Below are positions 40,313-52,100 of a stretch of 64,000 bases of DNA, piece by piece. Source of the DNA: Candidatus Saccharimonadia bacterium (GTDB taxonomy: Bacteria > Patescibacteriota > Saccharimonadia > UBA4664). The notes beneath the pieces are model-generated. The model had not been told where the DNA came from. It did not search any database and saw only the letters and a program-made list of their open reading frames with translations. The position numbers were made by a program, and so were the translations under genes. Location of the stretch: the NCBI GenBank assembly GCA_041743505.1, contig JBGTMQ010000008.1, positions 69,183-133,182 on the forward strand, read 5' to 3'. Every line of letters starts with the position of its first letter. Positions within the stretch are counted from its first letter, which is position 1.

Positions 40313-40927
40313 ATGCTTGAGGTGATCATCTTGGCCGCGGCTGTCGTCGTCTTTCGGCGTCAGCTAGCGGCTTTGAGCAGTGCTACGCCCACCAGGCCGG
40401 CTGCCTTCATCCCGCCCAAACGGGTATCGCAAATCACGCAGCTAGCCGAGTATGCCGACCGGCTCTATACCGAGAAAAGATGGCTAGCCGCCGAAAAAGC
40501 CTACTTAAATGTCCTCAAAGCCGACCACAAGAATGTCACCGCCTATAGCCATTTGGGTGTAATTTACACTACACAAAAAAACCTGGCCGACGCCATTGAA
40601 TGTTTTGAGATTGCAGCCAGACTCCGGCCCGGCGCCGGAACCTACCAAAACCTGGGGCTGGCCTATTACGAAAACCGAAACTTCATAAAATCCATTGCCG
40701 CCTTTGAGAAAGCGATTATGTTTGAACCTAGCACTCAACGCCAAATCGGCCTAGCCAAGGCCTACAAAAAGATCGGCAACATCCCGCAAACGACCAAGGC
40801 CCTGGAACGCGCCGCCGAACTGGATCTCTCCAAAAAAGTGCTCCAACTGCTAGCTGAGGCCTACGAAGACGGCGGCCGGGGAGATGATGCCACGGCAACC
40901 TACGAGCGCCTCCGCCATCTTTCATAA
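40313..40927 (+). CDS. Membrane-anchored TPR protein
   Basis: N-terminal hydrophobic helix from ATG 40313, TPR motifs (AY..LG..Y, YQNLGLAY). Confidence 0.82.
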   Translation: MLEVIILAAAVVVFRRQLAALSSATPTRPAAFIPPKRVSQITQLAEYADRLYTEKRWLAAEKAYLNVLKADHKNVTAYSHLGVIYTTQKNLADAIECFEIAARLRPGAGTYQNLGLAYYENRNFIKSIAAFEKAIMFEPSTQRQIGLAKAYKKIGNIPQTTKALERAAELDLSKKVLQLLAEAYEDGGRGDDATATYERLRHLS

Positions 40928-41019
40928 ATTACGCTCAAGCCATACTTGATCCTAAGACCACAACCTGTTACCATAACCTAGTTGAAAACGCTAAATACCG
41001 ACGAAAAGACGGCCCCTAT

Positions 41020-41094
41020 GCCGACGTAGCTCAACGGTAGAGCAACAGTTTTGTAAACTGTAGGTTGCGGGTTCGATTCCTGTCGTCGGCTCCA
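41020..41094 (+). tRNA. tRNA-Thr(TGT)
   Basis: GCCGACG acceptor stem, ACAGT-TTTGTAA-ACTGT anticodon arm, GGTTCGATTCC, 3' CCA. Confidence 0.96.
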
Positions 41095-42102
41095 GAAGTT
41101 GTAATTATACTCTCTTCCACCACTAGCTTTCATTCAGTCTTTATCAAGGGTCTTATTAGTATTCTCGAGCTGCCGGACCCTACCCCCGAGCAGCTTGTGG
41201 CCGTTACCACCAGTGCCATCGCCTTAGGCAACCATACCCTCCTAGACAGAGCCCGAAAACTTATCACACCCCGTCTCCAGTCCACAGCAATCAATACCTC
41301 AAGCGAAGACTTTCAGGTACTCAGGCATATCTTCGCCGCTTCAGACCCATTCGCATTGGTGCATCATCGCACCACACCGGCTGGCTTCGGGCTCCAGTAT
41401 AACGAGCTTCGAAGCTTCCGTCCCCGGCGCGAGTCCACTACTGCAACACCAACTGTGCACCGGCCATTCGAACCAGCAAAATTCAATTTTACACACATTT
41501 CAGGAGAGCGGTACTGGCAGGGAAGCTTTGGGAACAAACTGCTAGCTTGCTACTACAACAAGTATCCGTTTGCGCCATACCATACTTCACTTGTACCGGA
41601 TCCAGACAGCGACCATGAGCAGTTTCTAACTCAACCTTACCATGAACTAGCCTGGAATTTCCTACAAGCACTGGCCGGTGAGCAGCCAAAGGCCGTGCTC
41701 GGCTATAACTCTCTTGGCAGTTATGCCTCCATTAACCATCTCCACTTTCAACTCGTAGCTGATGGGCACAAGCTCCCGTTGTTGCACTCAAAGAACCTTA
41801 CTACCTATCCCATACCGGTAACCGAGCACCAAAACATCCAAACTGCTTGGCGTCAGATAGCTCACTTACAAGCCACTCAGCAGCCGTTTAATCTCATCTA
41901 TAGCGCCGGCCGGATGATTGTCATTGAACGGCAATTCCAGGGCACCTACCCACAACCAAACTGGACCACCGGCTTTGCCTGGTATGAATTATGCGGCGGC
42001 ATTATCACGGTCAGCGAGGACGCGTTCGATCGTATCACCGACGACGATATCACAACCGCCCTACAAACCACAGTTTCCGTGGCTAAAGCCTTGTCCAGTT
42101 AA
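41065..42102 (+). CDS. HIT-superfamily GDP-hexose phosphorylase-like protein (VTC2/GDPGP1-like); true start uncertain
   Basis: PFEPAKFNFT, NKYP..PYH..LVP, GYNSLGSYASINHLHFQ, AWYELCG; track start lies inside tRNA-Thr so the real start is later. Confidence 0.75.
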   Translation: MRVRFLSSAPEVVIILSSTTSFHSVFIKGLISILELPDPTPEQLVAVTTSAIALGNHTLLDRARKLITPRLQSTAINTSSEDFQVLRHIFAASDPFALVHHRTTPAGFGLQYNELRSFRPRRESTTATPTVHRPFEPAKFNFTHISGERYWQGSFGNKLLACYYNKYPFAPYHTSLVPDPDSDHEQFLTQPYHELAWNFLQALAGEQPKAVLGYNSLGSYASINHLHFQLVADGHKLPLLHSKNLTTYPIPVTEHQNIQTAWRQIAHLQATQQPFNLIYSAGRMIVIERQFQGTYPQPNWTTGFAWYELCGGIITVSEDAFDRITDDDITTALQTTVSVAKALSS

Positions 42103-42145
42103 GCAGTTTGTTATACAATAGCCAGGTTAAAAACCAAATTAACCG

Positions 42146-42231
42146 GCCGGGTTACTCAAGTGGCCAACGAGGGCTGACTGTAAATCAGCTGGCATTAGCC
42201 TTCGGGAGTTCGAATCTCTCACCCGGCACCA
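42146..42231 (+). tRNA. tRNA-Tyr(GTA)
   Basis: GCCGGGT/ACCCGGC stem, GCTGA-CTGTAAA-TCAGC, long variable arm, 3' CCA. Confidence 0.96.
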
Positions 42232-42311
42232 TATCAAACATTGTGTATACAACAGACTGATGCAGTGCAAGGAATGACGAAGCAATGCGCAGGCTGTTGG
42301 AGACACGCTAA

Positions 42312-42386
<75 letters not shown>

Positions 42387-42411
42387 TGAACAATAAGGAA
42401 TTATCAAGACT

Positions 42412-42609
42412 ATGAAACGGCTTGTACGAAGCGAAAAGGATAAAAAAGTTGCAGGTTTATGCGGCGGTATTGCCGAATACGCCGATATTGACCCAACTGT
42501 CGTTCGTCTTATTGTATTAACCGTTATCATCATGAGCGGCGTCCTGCCTGGTATCTTACTGTATGCAGTGGCCGCCGCTATCACCCCCAAAGAAGGAGAA
42601 GTAAAATAA
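42412..42609 (+). CDS. PspC domain protein
   Basis: KRLVRS..DKKVAGLCGGIAEY..IDPTVVR followed by a TM helix. Confidence 0.93.
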   Translation: MKRLVRSEKDKKVAGLCGGIAEYADIDPTVVRLIVLTVIIMSGVLPGILLYAVAAAITPKEGEVK

Positions 42610-42771
42610 ATGCCTAAACGTAACCGGCCATTCGTGGCTTTGGAGTGCACAAGTTGCCATAACCGCAACTACACCACCTCCAAAAACCCCAAAAACACCA
42701 CCGATCGCCTAGAACTCAACAAGTTCTGCAAGCACGAGAAAAAAGTTCTGGTTCACAAAGAAACCAAATAA
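42610..42771 (+). CDS. rpmG: 50S ribosomal protein L33 (below ORF-track cutoff)
   Basis: [53 protein letters not shown]. Confidence 0.96.
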   Translation: MPKRNRPFVALECTSCHNRNYTTSKNPKNTTDRLELNKFCKHEKKVLVHKETK

Positions 42772-42801
42772 TCTCTCCGCATCAGCGGATATAAAGTATG
42801 G

Positions 42802-42831
42802 GGCCTGGCTTCCAAAGGAGCCAGGCCTTTG
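42802..42831 (+). terminator. Terminator after rpmG
   Basis: GGCCTGGCT(T)CC-aaa-GGAGCCAGGCC followed by TTT. Confidence 0.7.
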
Positions 42832-42920
42832 TGGTCAACAGAACTCCAGACAGTATCTACTTAGCATGGACGCAAGTCACTACCCTAAGTATACTAACCG
42901 TAATAACATGAGCCTCATCC

Positions 42921-43871
42921 ATGGCCGAAAACCTCCAGCCAACTAGCGAACAAGAGCCAGACACCGGCTTTCCCCAAGCCGCCAAGCTACTAGCCGGCCT
43001 AAATGAAGCACCTCGACCGGCAATCCCCATGCCGCGTGCACCAAAAAAACGCCCGGAACTGCAACAGATTGATTTAGCCAACAAGCTCAGGCCAATCTAC
43101 CAGGAAGGAACTCAGTCAGAGCACGGCCATAACGAGCCACAAATACAAGAGCTGGCCGAACAGTACCAACTCAAATACCCCAACGAGCTTGAGGCTATCA
43201 CCATCCTCACTAATGTGCAGTCTTTCCTCGAACTCACCCAGCGTGTCAAAGATCCAGAACTCAAGCGGGAAGAAAAAAAGCCGCTTTTCAAGGAATTAAC
43301 CGAATATCAGTACCTTTGGACGCATTTTGTCATTACCAACTCTGACAAAACCCGGGTCATGGAGGACTTCTGGGAGGCTACCCACCGTATTGCCGAATCA
43401 GCCGGCTATGCAGAACCAGCCCGGGCATACCAATCCGGCATTATCACAGCCGCCGCCACCTATCAGATCTTTGAAGCTCTCGGCAAACAGCCACAATTGT
43501 CGCACCCTGCCGAGGACGCCTATGATGCAATTGATCTTTGGATTGACGAAACCAATCAACCCGTCCAAATCAAAAAAAGTAACGCGTCAGAAGTCGAAAT
43601 CGAAAAAACCGAAGACATAGAATTCCCTGCCCTAGAAGTAGCCGGCCCAGCCGGCCACACGCAGCATTTTGCCATCGAACAGCCAAACAGGGAACAGATC
43701 CAATTCAAGATGAACATCAAGCGATACGCCGAGCGTGTCGGTCATCCCGTGGATGGCTATTTTATACGCGTACCGTATGGACAGGTTGATTCCACCACCG
43801 GAAAACCGACACCAGAGCTAATCGAGCAAGTCCGCGCCAAACTCGCCGCCGAGGAACCCGAAGCAGCTTAA
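42921..43871 (+). CDS. Hypothetical protein, possible PD-(D/E)xK-like C-terminal half
   Basis: 316-aa ORF; EDAYDAIDLW...PVQIKK. Confidence 0.65.
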   Translation: MAENLQPTSEQEPDTGFPQAAKLLAGLNEAPRPAIPMPRAPKKRPELQQIDLANKLRPIYQEGTQSEHGHNEPQIQELAEQYQLKYPNELEAITILTNVQSFLELTQRVKDPELKREEKKPLFKELTEYQYLWTHFVITNSDKTRVMEDFWEATHRIAESAGYAEPARAYQSGIITAAATYQIFEALGKQPQLSHPAEDAYDAIDLWIDETNQPVQIKKSNASEVEIEKTEDIEFPALEVAGPAGHTQHFAIEQPNREQIQFKMNIKRYAERVGHPVDGYFIRVPYGQVDSTTGKPTPELIEQVRAKLAAEEPEAA

Positions 43872-43921
43872 ACTCGACTAAGCCGCTTAAATTAAGTACA
43901 ATAAGCCGGTCATAACCATTT

Positions 43922-43997
43922 AGGGGTGTAGCTCAGTTGGTAGAGCACCGGTCTCCAAAACCGGGTGTCGTAGGTTCGAGTCCTATCACCCCTGCCA
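43922..43997 (+). tRNA. tRNA-Trp(CCA)
   Basis: AGGGGTG/CACCCCT stem, CCGGT-CTCCAAA-ACCGG, GGTTCGAGTCC, 3' CCA. Confidence 0.96.
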
Positions 43998-44012
43998 GAA
44001 ATTATCAAACAT

Positions 44013-44552
44013 CTAGGTTAGATCTAATTCAACAAAACTAGCCTTTTCTACCTCAAAATCCCAAGCTTGCTGATTTGTAAGCCCGTTCAGTAATCCATAG
44101 ATAGCCTGTACTATAACCATCGACGTAATGATAAGTACCGATTCGTATTTTTGTGTCCGCACTTCATCGATAAAACTCGCTGCCCGGGCTTTAACATCTT
44201 CTAGCGACTCACCATTATTAAAACGCACAGACCACCTATCATCAGCCTGATCGAGGGCTGCATAGTATTCTCTGAAATGCTTATCTTCATAACCCGTCCG
44301 GTTGTCGTTTAAGCGAGAATCTACCTTTACGGGAGCATTATGAAATTCATTAACGATTTCTGCGGTTTTCTGAGTGCGCTTAAGTTCAGATACAAAAATC
44401 TGGTCTATTCGTATCTTGCTGAGTTCTACGGCCAAACCCTTTACCTGTTGAATACCAGTTTCAGTAAGATGAACGTCCGTTTGCGGGTCGGAATTACACA
44501 AACCCAAGTCGTTATAATTAGTTTGTCCATGTCTAGCTAAGTATATTTTCAT
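44013..44552 (-). CDS. Histidine phosphatase (phosphoglycerate mutase-like) family
   Basis: IYLARHGQT, SELKRT..TA, GES; the second catalytic His appears replaced (IITS). Confidence 0.88.
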   Translation of the reverse strand: MKIYLARHGQTNYNDLGLCNSDPQTDVHLTETGIQQVKGLAVELSKIRIDQIFVSELKRTQKTAEIVNEFHNAPVKVDSRLNDNRTGYEDKHFREYYAALDQADDRWSVRFNNGESLEDVKARAASFIDEVRTQKYESVLIITSMVIVQAIYGLLNGLTNQQAWDFEVEKASFVELDLT

Positions 44553-44681
44553 TTCTCTATAGTAAATGTATCTATCGCTATTACCTAAATCACTCGTGTC
44601 GTCCTCTTCACTTCTTTAAGGATAAACCAAAAATGGTGGCCTATATTTGCATTTTTACCACGCTAGTGGTTAAGTGTCGCT

Positions 44682-45251
44682 ATGGTCAAATTTGAGCCTG
44701 TACCTTCAGCTTCCAAACCCAAGTGCTATAGGATGGAGACACTAATACCTACAAGTACTGCCAATACACTTAAAACAATCCGCGACCTAGAAGGAAACAA
44801 TGTTACAGAAGTTGTTCGCAAAGTAGTAAGTATGTACAAATGGTATGACGACTGCAGAATAAACGGGAACCTTCTCATAGCCGCCCAACCACAGCAGCTA
44901 GAGGTGCTTGAGCCACCGGCCACCGTTAAGACCGGTGAAAATGAAGAACATGCAAAATTGTCCATCAAGGTAAGTCCAAGTATAAAGAGCTGTCTTGAGG
45001 TATTAATACCAGATGACCTCATGGATGAATCCGGTTTCTGGAAGGCAGCTGTTGTTTTTTATAGTTCCCTCATGGAAAAACAGCTTCTTGGCTCAAAATT
45101 CTATTGCATAGCCCCGGGTTTATCAGTCAGTCAATTTCACTTGGATGATCCTTTTGCGTCTGACAATAGTGCTCCAACAACCTTCGTTGAATGGAGATGG
45201 CTTAATCTTGATTTTGTGAGACGCCTATTCCGCAAGAAGCCACCTGGATAA
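44682..45251 (+). CDS. Hypothetical protein (possible duplicated ribbon-helix-helix-like halves)
   Basis: 189-aa ORF; NVTEVVRKVV pattern is weakly RHH-like. Confidence 0.5.
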   Translation: MVKFEPVPSASKPKCYRMETLIPTSTANTLKTIRDLEGNNVTEVVRKVVSMYKWYDDCRINGNLLIAAQPQQLEVLEPPATVKTGENEEHAKLSIKVSPSIKSCLEVLIPDDLMDESGFWKAAVVFYSSLMEKQLLGSKFYCIAPGLSVSQFHLDDPFASDNSAPTTFVEWRWLNLDFVRRLFRKKPPG

Positions 45252-45477
45252 GGTGGACACCACTCAATGCGATTCAACAGGGCAAACGAAAAACGGCTGC
45301 ACTATGCCCACCCCACGAAGCCATCACATGATGGCTTCTTTCTTGTTATAGACCCAAGCCAAAACAAAAAGCCCAAAAGTATTGCTATTAAACAATAAAA
45401 ATGATATAATATAATATCCTCAATCGAGTGATAACTCCTGCCCACATCCACCCCGAGACTCGAGGAGATGATCCGCA

Positions 45478-45855
45478 ATGTCGGATATCGAAACATTTTA
45501 CTACAACGCAGCAGCCAACGGCGTCGATTTCAAAGGGCACTGGGCAAGCATCATCCGGTGCTTTATCGTAGAGCCCCTCAGATTCGAAGCCCTGGTCGGG
45601 ACTGACGGACAAGTCAAATGGAAGGCACTCATGGAGCTCGGTCTCCTCGGTGCGCCCAGAAAGATCCGGCACCGGCACGGGTGGCACTTCCGCCCCTTCA
45701 CGACGACAGAAGTCGAAGCCATTTGCAGCTTATTCGCCGGTGGCGAAACAGTCCTCGGCCTTCACGCCCCAATCGACTTCTTCCACGGCCAGGACCGAGC
45801 CGTCTTCGGCAACCCCCTCGCGGGTACGGGCTTAATCCTACCACGTAACAACTAG
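45478..45855 (+). CDS. Hypothetical protein
   Basis: SD GAGGAG; followed by hairpin 45887-45921 (AATGGCCAGGAGA/TCTCCTGGCCATT). Confidence 0.55.
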   Translation: MSDIETFYYNAAANGVDFKGHWASIIRCFIVEPLRFEALVGTDGQVKWKALMELGLLGAPRKIRHRHGWHFRPFTTTEVEAICSLFAGGETVLGLHAPIDFFHGQDRAVFGNPLAGTGLILPRNN

Positions 45856-46101
45856 CATCAACCGAGTAAACGGTCACAAGTCCACTAATGGCCAGGAGAA
45901 GCAACCCCTCTCCTGGCCATTCACATTACGATGTCATCTTCATCTATGCGTCAATCAAAATAGCCAAGCACACAAGATTATTGCAATTTTTTGATCGAGG
46001 CAGCCATATCTGGAAAGAAATGCAAGAAATGCCATTGCCAAGACATAAAAAAACAACATACAATAACACTAAAGTGGTTATGCTAAAAAGGTGGAGGGTT
46101 T

Positions 46102-49100
46102 ATGTTTCGATTGAGAAGCGTCCGGCGACTCGTACGTCAAAGTTCTATGGCTGCTAGTCGCCTTTTAAGTATAAAATTAATAGCAGCCTTGAAAGAACAT
46201 AAATTCAAGCAACCGGTAATTCATCTTTCAACAAACCCGTTTAGGGCGATATTAACACGCAACACCCTCAATATACTTGCCGTTGGCGTATTTTTTCTCA
46301 ATATTACCGCCATAGGTATTCCGGGCCTTATGGCCCAGTGGCAGGAGAAGGAGGCCCGAACGCCTCAAGCTCTTCAAGCTACGGATAATGATTTTGCTGC
46401 AGCCGCAGACGGCGCTAGTACCTCAAATAAGGCGTTAAAACTCGATAAAGCCGTAACAGATGAACTCGATAAGACGCGAGAAGAACTCATTCATGGTAAG
46501 GCAAAAAAGAATCCTAAACGCGTAAAAATGCTCGAAGAAGACCGTGACGTCAACTCCCGCGTTTTCTTAAATGACGATGGCTCAAAAACCCTAGAGAAGA
46601 GCACCTCTGCCACCAGTTACCGTGACAGCTTAGGCAAATGGAAAGACGTGGATGTCTCACTTGAGAAGGATTCGGTTAAAAATGAATGGAGTACAAAATC
46701 CAACTCCTGGAAGGCAACTTTTAAGGAAGCCAACGCTGAAACTGCAGTTGAATTATCACGTGGGGCACAAACTGTCCGCATTGCACCGGTAGGAGGCCAA
46801 AAGGTCAAGCCGACAGTAACTGGTAATGCGCCAAAACAATTAGTTACTTATAAAAACGTCTGGCCTGACGTCGATTTGCGTTACGTAGTAAATGGCTCGT
46901 CAGTAAAAGAGAGCATTTGGATTAAAGCGCCAACACAGCAAACAGAGTTTCAATTCAGCGTTAAAGGAGGCAACCTTTCGCCAAAGCCCGGTGAAACTGG
47001 CCGCTACAGTCTTGATGGGGAACTGTCTGATTTCACTCTCACGCGTTCATTTGTTGCCACAGCCGATCAGGGCATAGTGGGGGATGACGGATATATTACA
47101 CAGGATGTAAAACAAAACAGCATAATCCTAAAACTTAACCCGGAGTGGATTAAGCAGCAACCTGCTAAAGCATATCCGGTTGTCATTGATCCTTCCTTTA
47201 CTAGCTACACAACCGCACAAAACCATATGTCCTTTAAATCTGATGGCTGGTCATGCAACGCGCTCGACTGCGGAATAGGCACTGGCTACACAGGATCTCA
47301 CCAGTGGCGTAGTATAGCCTGGTTTCCCTATGACACCCTGGGACAAGCACCCACTAAGCACCTCACCAGCGCACAACTGTACTTGGAGATGGTTGACCCG
47401 GGAGTGATCAGCTACCCGGGTACCTATGACCCAAGGACAATCTCAGTCTATAAAGGCCAACGCGGCAGTAATGGTCATTATAATATAAACAGCGGCGTAA
47501 CTGATTATGGCATGGGTAGTGGCTCCATAGGGTACAACGGCACTATTGACGTTACAACTATATATCGCAATGCAATTGCAAATGCCGACTGGGGTATGCA
47601 TCTGTTCTTTGTTGGTGATGAAAGTCAGTATTCATACAAATTTAAGACATATCCAGATGCAAAGGTAACGTTTACCTATACTCACTCGCCGGGAGCCGCC
47701 ACACTCGAAGCACCCACAGATAAAGCATCTGTAGTTACGTCTCAACCTGTACTAAAAGCGAGCACCGCCACTGACCCCGATGGAGATCCGGTGCGGTACC
47801 GCTTTAAAGTGGCCACCAGTCCTGATGCCGAAGGTGGTACGGTAGTGAATTCGGGCTGGCTAGACACTCCGCAATGGACTGCTCCGGATGGCTCACTACA
47901 GGATGGAATGACATACTATTGGAAAGTTCAAACGTGGGACGGACTGTACATTAACTCATTTGGTACAGCAGGCTCCTGGAGCACCAGTTCAATCAGATCG
48001 TTCCGGGTTGATATGCGTAAAGGCAAAGACAATACTCAGGCCTATGACGCTGTCGGACCAATTAATGTCGATCTTGCTACAGGCAATCTAACAACAGGAA
48101 CAAAGAGCCACAGCATAGCTGCGCTTGGTGGTTCACTCGGCGTGAACCTGGACTACAACTCACCTCAGCGTTCACGCCCGGGCCTGATAGGTAAGTATTG
48201 GAATAATCCCACGCAGGCCGCAACATTCCCATCATCCTCAACCGCAGCTAGCGTAGAGCGGGTTGATGGCGTGGTTGACTTTAACTGGGGCAGCGGTTCG
48301 CCCGAGCCGGCCACTGTAACCACGGATAATTTTCTTGTCCGCTGGTCAGGTTATTTTGTAGCGCCGCAAGCTGGCACATATCAATTCGGAACCACCAGCG
48401 ATGATGGTGTACGCATTTACATCAATGACCTCAACACGGCATATGTTGATCAATGGAGTACTAGCCCAAGTAACATATATGGCGCAAGCGTGACGCTCGC
48501 GGCTGGTCAAGTAATTCCAGTTAAATACGAGTACCGTGAAGTCGGCGGACTGGCAAATACCAAGTTTCTCGTAAAAACGACTGATAGCTCTATTACTGCG
48601 CAACCTATACCAACTTCATGGCTGCAAACCGGCACACGATCTGTGGCGGTAGAACATGGACTCACTGGACGATACTTCGCCTACACAGGAGACAATCCGC
48701 CCGCCTCTCCATCAGATAGTGATCCAAGCCTATTCCTCAAACGCACAGATAGCAGCCCGTCATTCTATTGGAATAGTGCGGCCCCGGTATCTGGCGGGCC
48801 AACAGACAGGTTCTTGGTTCGTTGGACAGGTTATTATACGCCGGATGTGACAGACTCCTACCGATTCCGGATTGCAGCCGATGATGGCGTACGCATGTGG
48901 GTGAATAATCTTATTACGAACACGCAAGTTATTAACGACTGGGCAGATAATCCAGGCACGCGTGAGCAAGCCACGCCTATTTCACTAACCGCAGGGCAGT
49001 CCTATCCCGTTACAATCGAGTATTATGAGCACATTGGTAGCGCCATTTTCGACCTGCAATATAAAGGTTCCGATGGGATTTCTAAGGCCGTTCCATCTAA

Positions 49101-52100
49101 GTTGCTTAGCCCTAAGGTTCAAACGTTGCCCGACGGCTGGACGCTTGGTGGCGATATAAAGGGTGATCTGCCCTACGACTTTGCCCATATCGGCGCAAAT
49201 TCGGCAGTTCTCCAGGACACGAATGGTGAGTCGCATGAGTATAAGTGGACTGGCGCATCATACATTTCTCCTCCGAACGAAGACGGGCAGTTAACGCGTA
49301 ATGATGATGGCACCCTAACACTGCAGGCTGGCGATGGTCGCACCTACATCTTCGGGACAGATGGCAAGCTTTTGTCATCAACCTTACCAGCGGATGACAA
49401 AAATCCAGCTGCCGTTCAATACGAATATGGCCTGACGCCTTCTCGTCTCACTAAAATCAAGGACGGCATCAATCTTAACCGTTACGCTGAGTTGATTTAT
49501 GCTGGTGATAGCCGTTGTCCAAGTGCGCCAAGCGGATTTGTTGGAGCCAATGGCACAATGCTGTGCGCCGTCGTAACAACCGACGGCTCAACCACTACTC
49601 CGACAGATGCTAACATAACAAAGTTCTTCTATAGCGCCGACACCGGCGGCAACAAGCGTTTAGCCCGAGTAGTATCACCCGGAGCCGAGACAAGCGACTT
49701 CTCATACCTCACGGAGGATATTAACTCGCCAAACTCATGTTCTGGTTGTCTAAGTCAAATCCGCGACGCGATTGCAAATGACGCTGTAGCAGCAGGTGAA
49801 CGGTCACAAGACGCCACCGTAATGACTGAAATTGCATATGACGCGTTAGGACGAGTTATGAGCATAACTGGCCCAGCGGCACAGGCCGGGATAGCTCGAT
49901 TGGCCCACACTTACGAGTATCAAGCTGGCCACACGAAACTTCATACTACTGGCGCCACGGAGCCTAATGGCTTTACCCGGAAGGTTACATATGACAGCAC
50001 GTATAGGACGACAGAGGACCGCGATGCAGCCAATGTAGCTACATCAACCGAATGGGATGCTGGTAAAGACCAGGTTTTGTCATTAACGGATGGCGCTGGG
50101 CTTAAGAGCACAACGCATTACGACTACGCCGACCGGATAACCGACCAGTACGGCCCGGCCCCGGCCGGTTGGTTCGATATGACTCCTGGTACGAATTATA
50201 ATAAGCCTTCATCGGGCTATATCAATCAGATCCCACGTAAGCAAGCCAGCTATGACGAGGGCATTAACGGCCTCGCTGCCTCGTACTACACTTATAGCAC
50301 TAGCAGCAAAGCTCTAACGGGCGCGCCTAAGGGGCACCAAACAGGCATCGGCGGCACCGGCGGTGACGTAAATAAAAACTGGGCCGGCACGGCTCCATTC
50401 ACCACTTCATCACCATGGGGTGCGCGATTAACCGGCGATATCCTGTTGGGCGCAACCGGTAACTATACCTTCCGCATAGCCAGCGATGATGGAGTGCGGC
50501 TCTGGATTGACGATAAGCTCGTCATCAATGACTGGGCTGACGGCAGCTACCGCTCACATACCCAGCTCACAGGTGTGACAGTCAATAATGACACAGCCAA
50601 TAAGTACCATCGCATTCGCCTCGATTATTACAATAAAAGTAGTTCGGAGTCAGATGCGCAACTAGTGCTCTATATGACACCGCCAGGCGGCTCGGAGCAA
50701 TCCGGGCTCGGCAGTATTCTTGTTCCTCGCTATGGACTCGCAACAACTGCTAAAAACTACGACTCCTCCAGTAGCGTAGGTGATACTACCATCGCGACTA
50801 ACTACGGGAACAACCCAGAGCTAGCACTGCCGCAGTCTAAGACGGTTGATCCCGGAACGGGCACATTGAATCTTGCTAAAACCGCTAGCTATGAAACTCA
50901 GGGCGCAACCGGTAGTTACTTACGTCAACTCGGCACTGTACTGCCAGGCGGAAGTTCAACGAGTTATGGCTACTACTCGGCCACGGAAGTAAAAGATAAC
51001 CCTTGCACAACTGGCATTACCGAAACGTATGTGCAGGCCGGCATGATGAAGCTAAAGACACAGCCAGATCCTGATGGAGCCGGCTCTCAGGTCGGACGAA
51101 AATCGGAATCCATATATGACAATGCAGGACGAATAGTTGCCGCTCGTTACAATGCCGATTCATGGACATGCACAACCTATGACAACCGCGGCCGAGTAAC
51201 CCAAGTCTCAGTACCGAGCATAAATGGTCAGCCCGGCCGGACCATCACAACGAATTGGGCCGTAGGCAGCAATCCATTTGTAACCAGTATCACCGATAAC
51301 AACGGAACGGTAACTACAACTTCAGACTTATTAGGCAGAACAGTCATCTATCAGGACTCTCTCGGTACCTGGACCGACTACTCATACGATAGCCAAGGCC
51401 GCTTGATCAGTAAGGATAGCGATATGGGCTTAGAAGAGTTCGTCTATGACAGCTATAACCGGCTAACTGCGCAGAAGCTTGATGGCACAACGCTCGCAGT
51501 ACCGACGTATGATGCTTATAGCCGCATCACGAGCGTGACCTATCCGACGGCTGGGGCACAAGCTTTATCCATCTCACGGAATGACCATGGTCGCACCACA
51601 GGCTTAGATTACACCCTTGGCAACGGGTCAACGCACCTAACCGATTCCATTACACGTAGTCAATCTGGCAAGGTTGTAGGCGGTACAGAGTTAGGCCAGA
51701 CTAAGAGTTACACTTATGACAAAGCAGGCCGCCTTACGGCTGCGACTATCGGTTCGAACCAATTTACCTATAATTTCGGAGCCCCCACTGGCTGCTTAGG
51801 CGCCTATAACGCCGATGCGGGCAAGAACGCCAACCGTATAAGTATGAGTAAAACCGTAGGCGGAGTAACTACATCTACTTCTTACTGCTATGACTATGCT
51901 GACCGGTTGATCCAAAGTTCAGACTCCAACGCTGTAGACCCAGCCTATGACTCACATGGAAACCTCATAAATATGGGAACTTCGTGGAATGGCAAGTACA
52001 CGCAGTTCGCATATGACTCAAGTGATCGCAATATTGGTGTTCTTCAAAACTGGGGCAATGATTACGATATATATTACAACCGTGACGTTCAAAATCGCAT

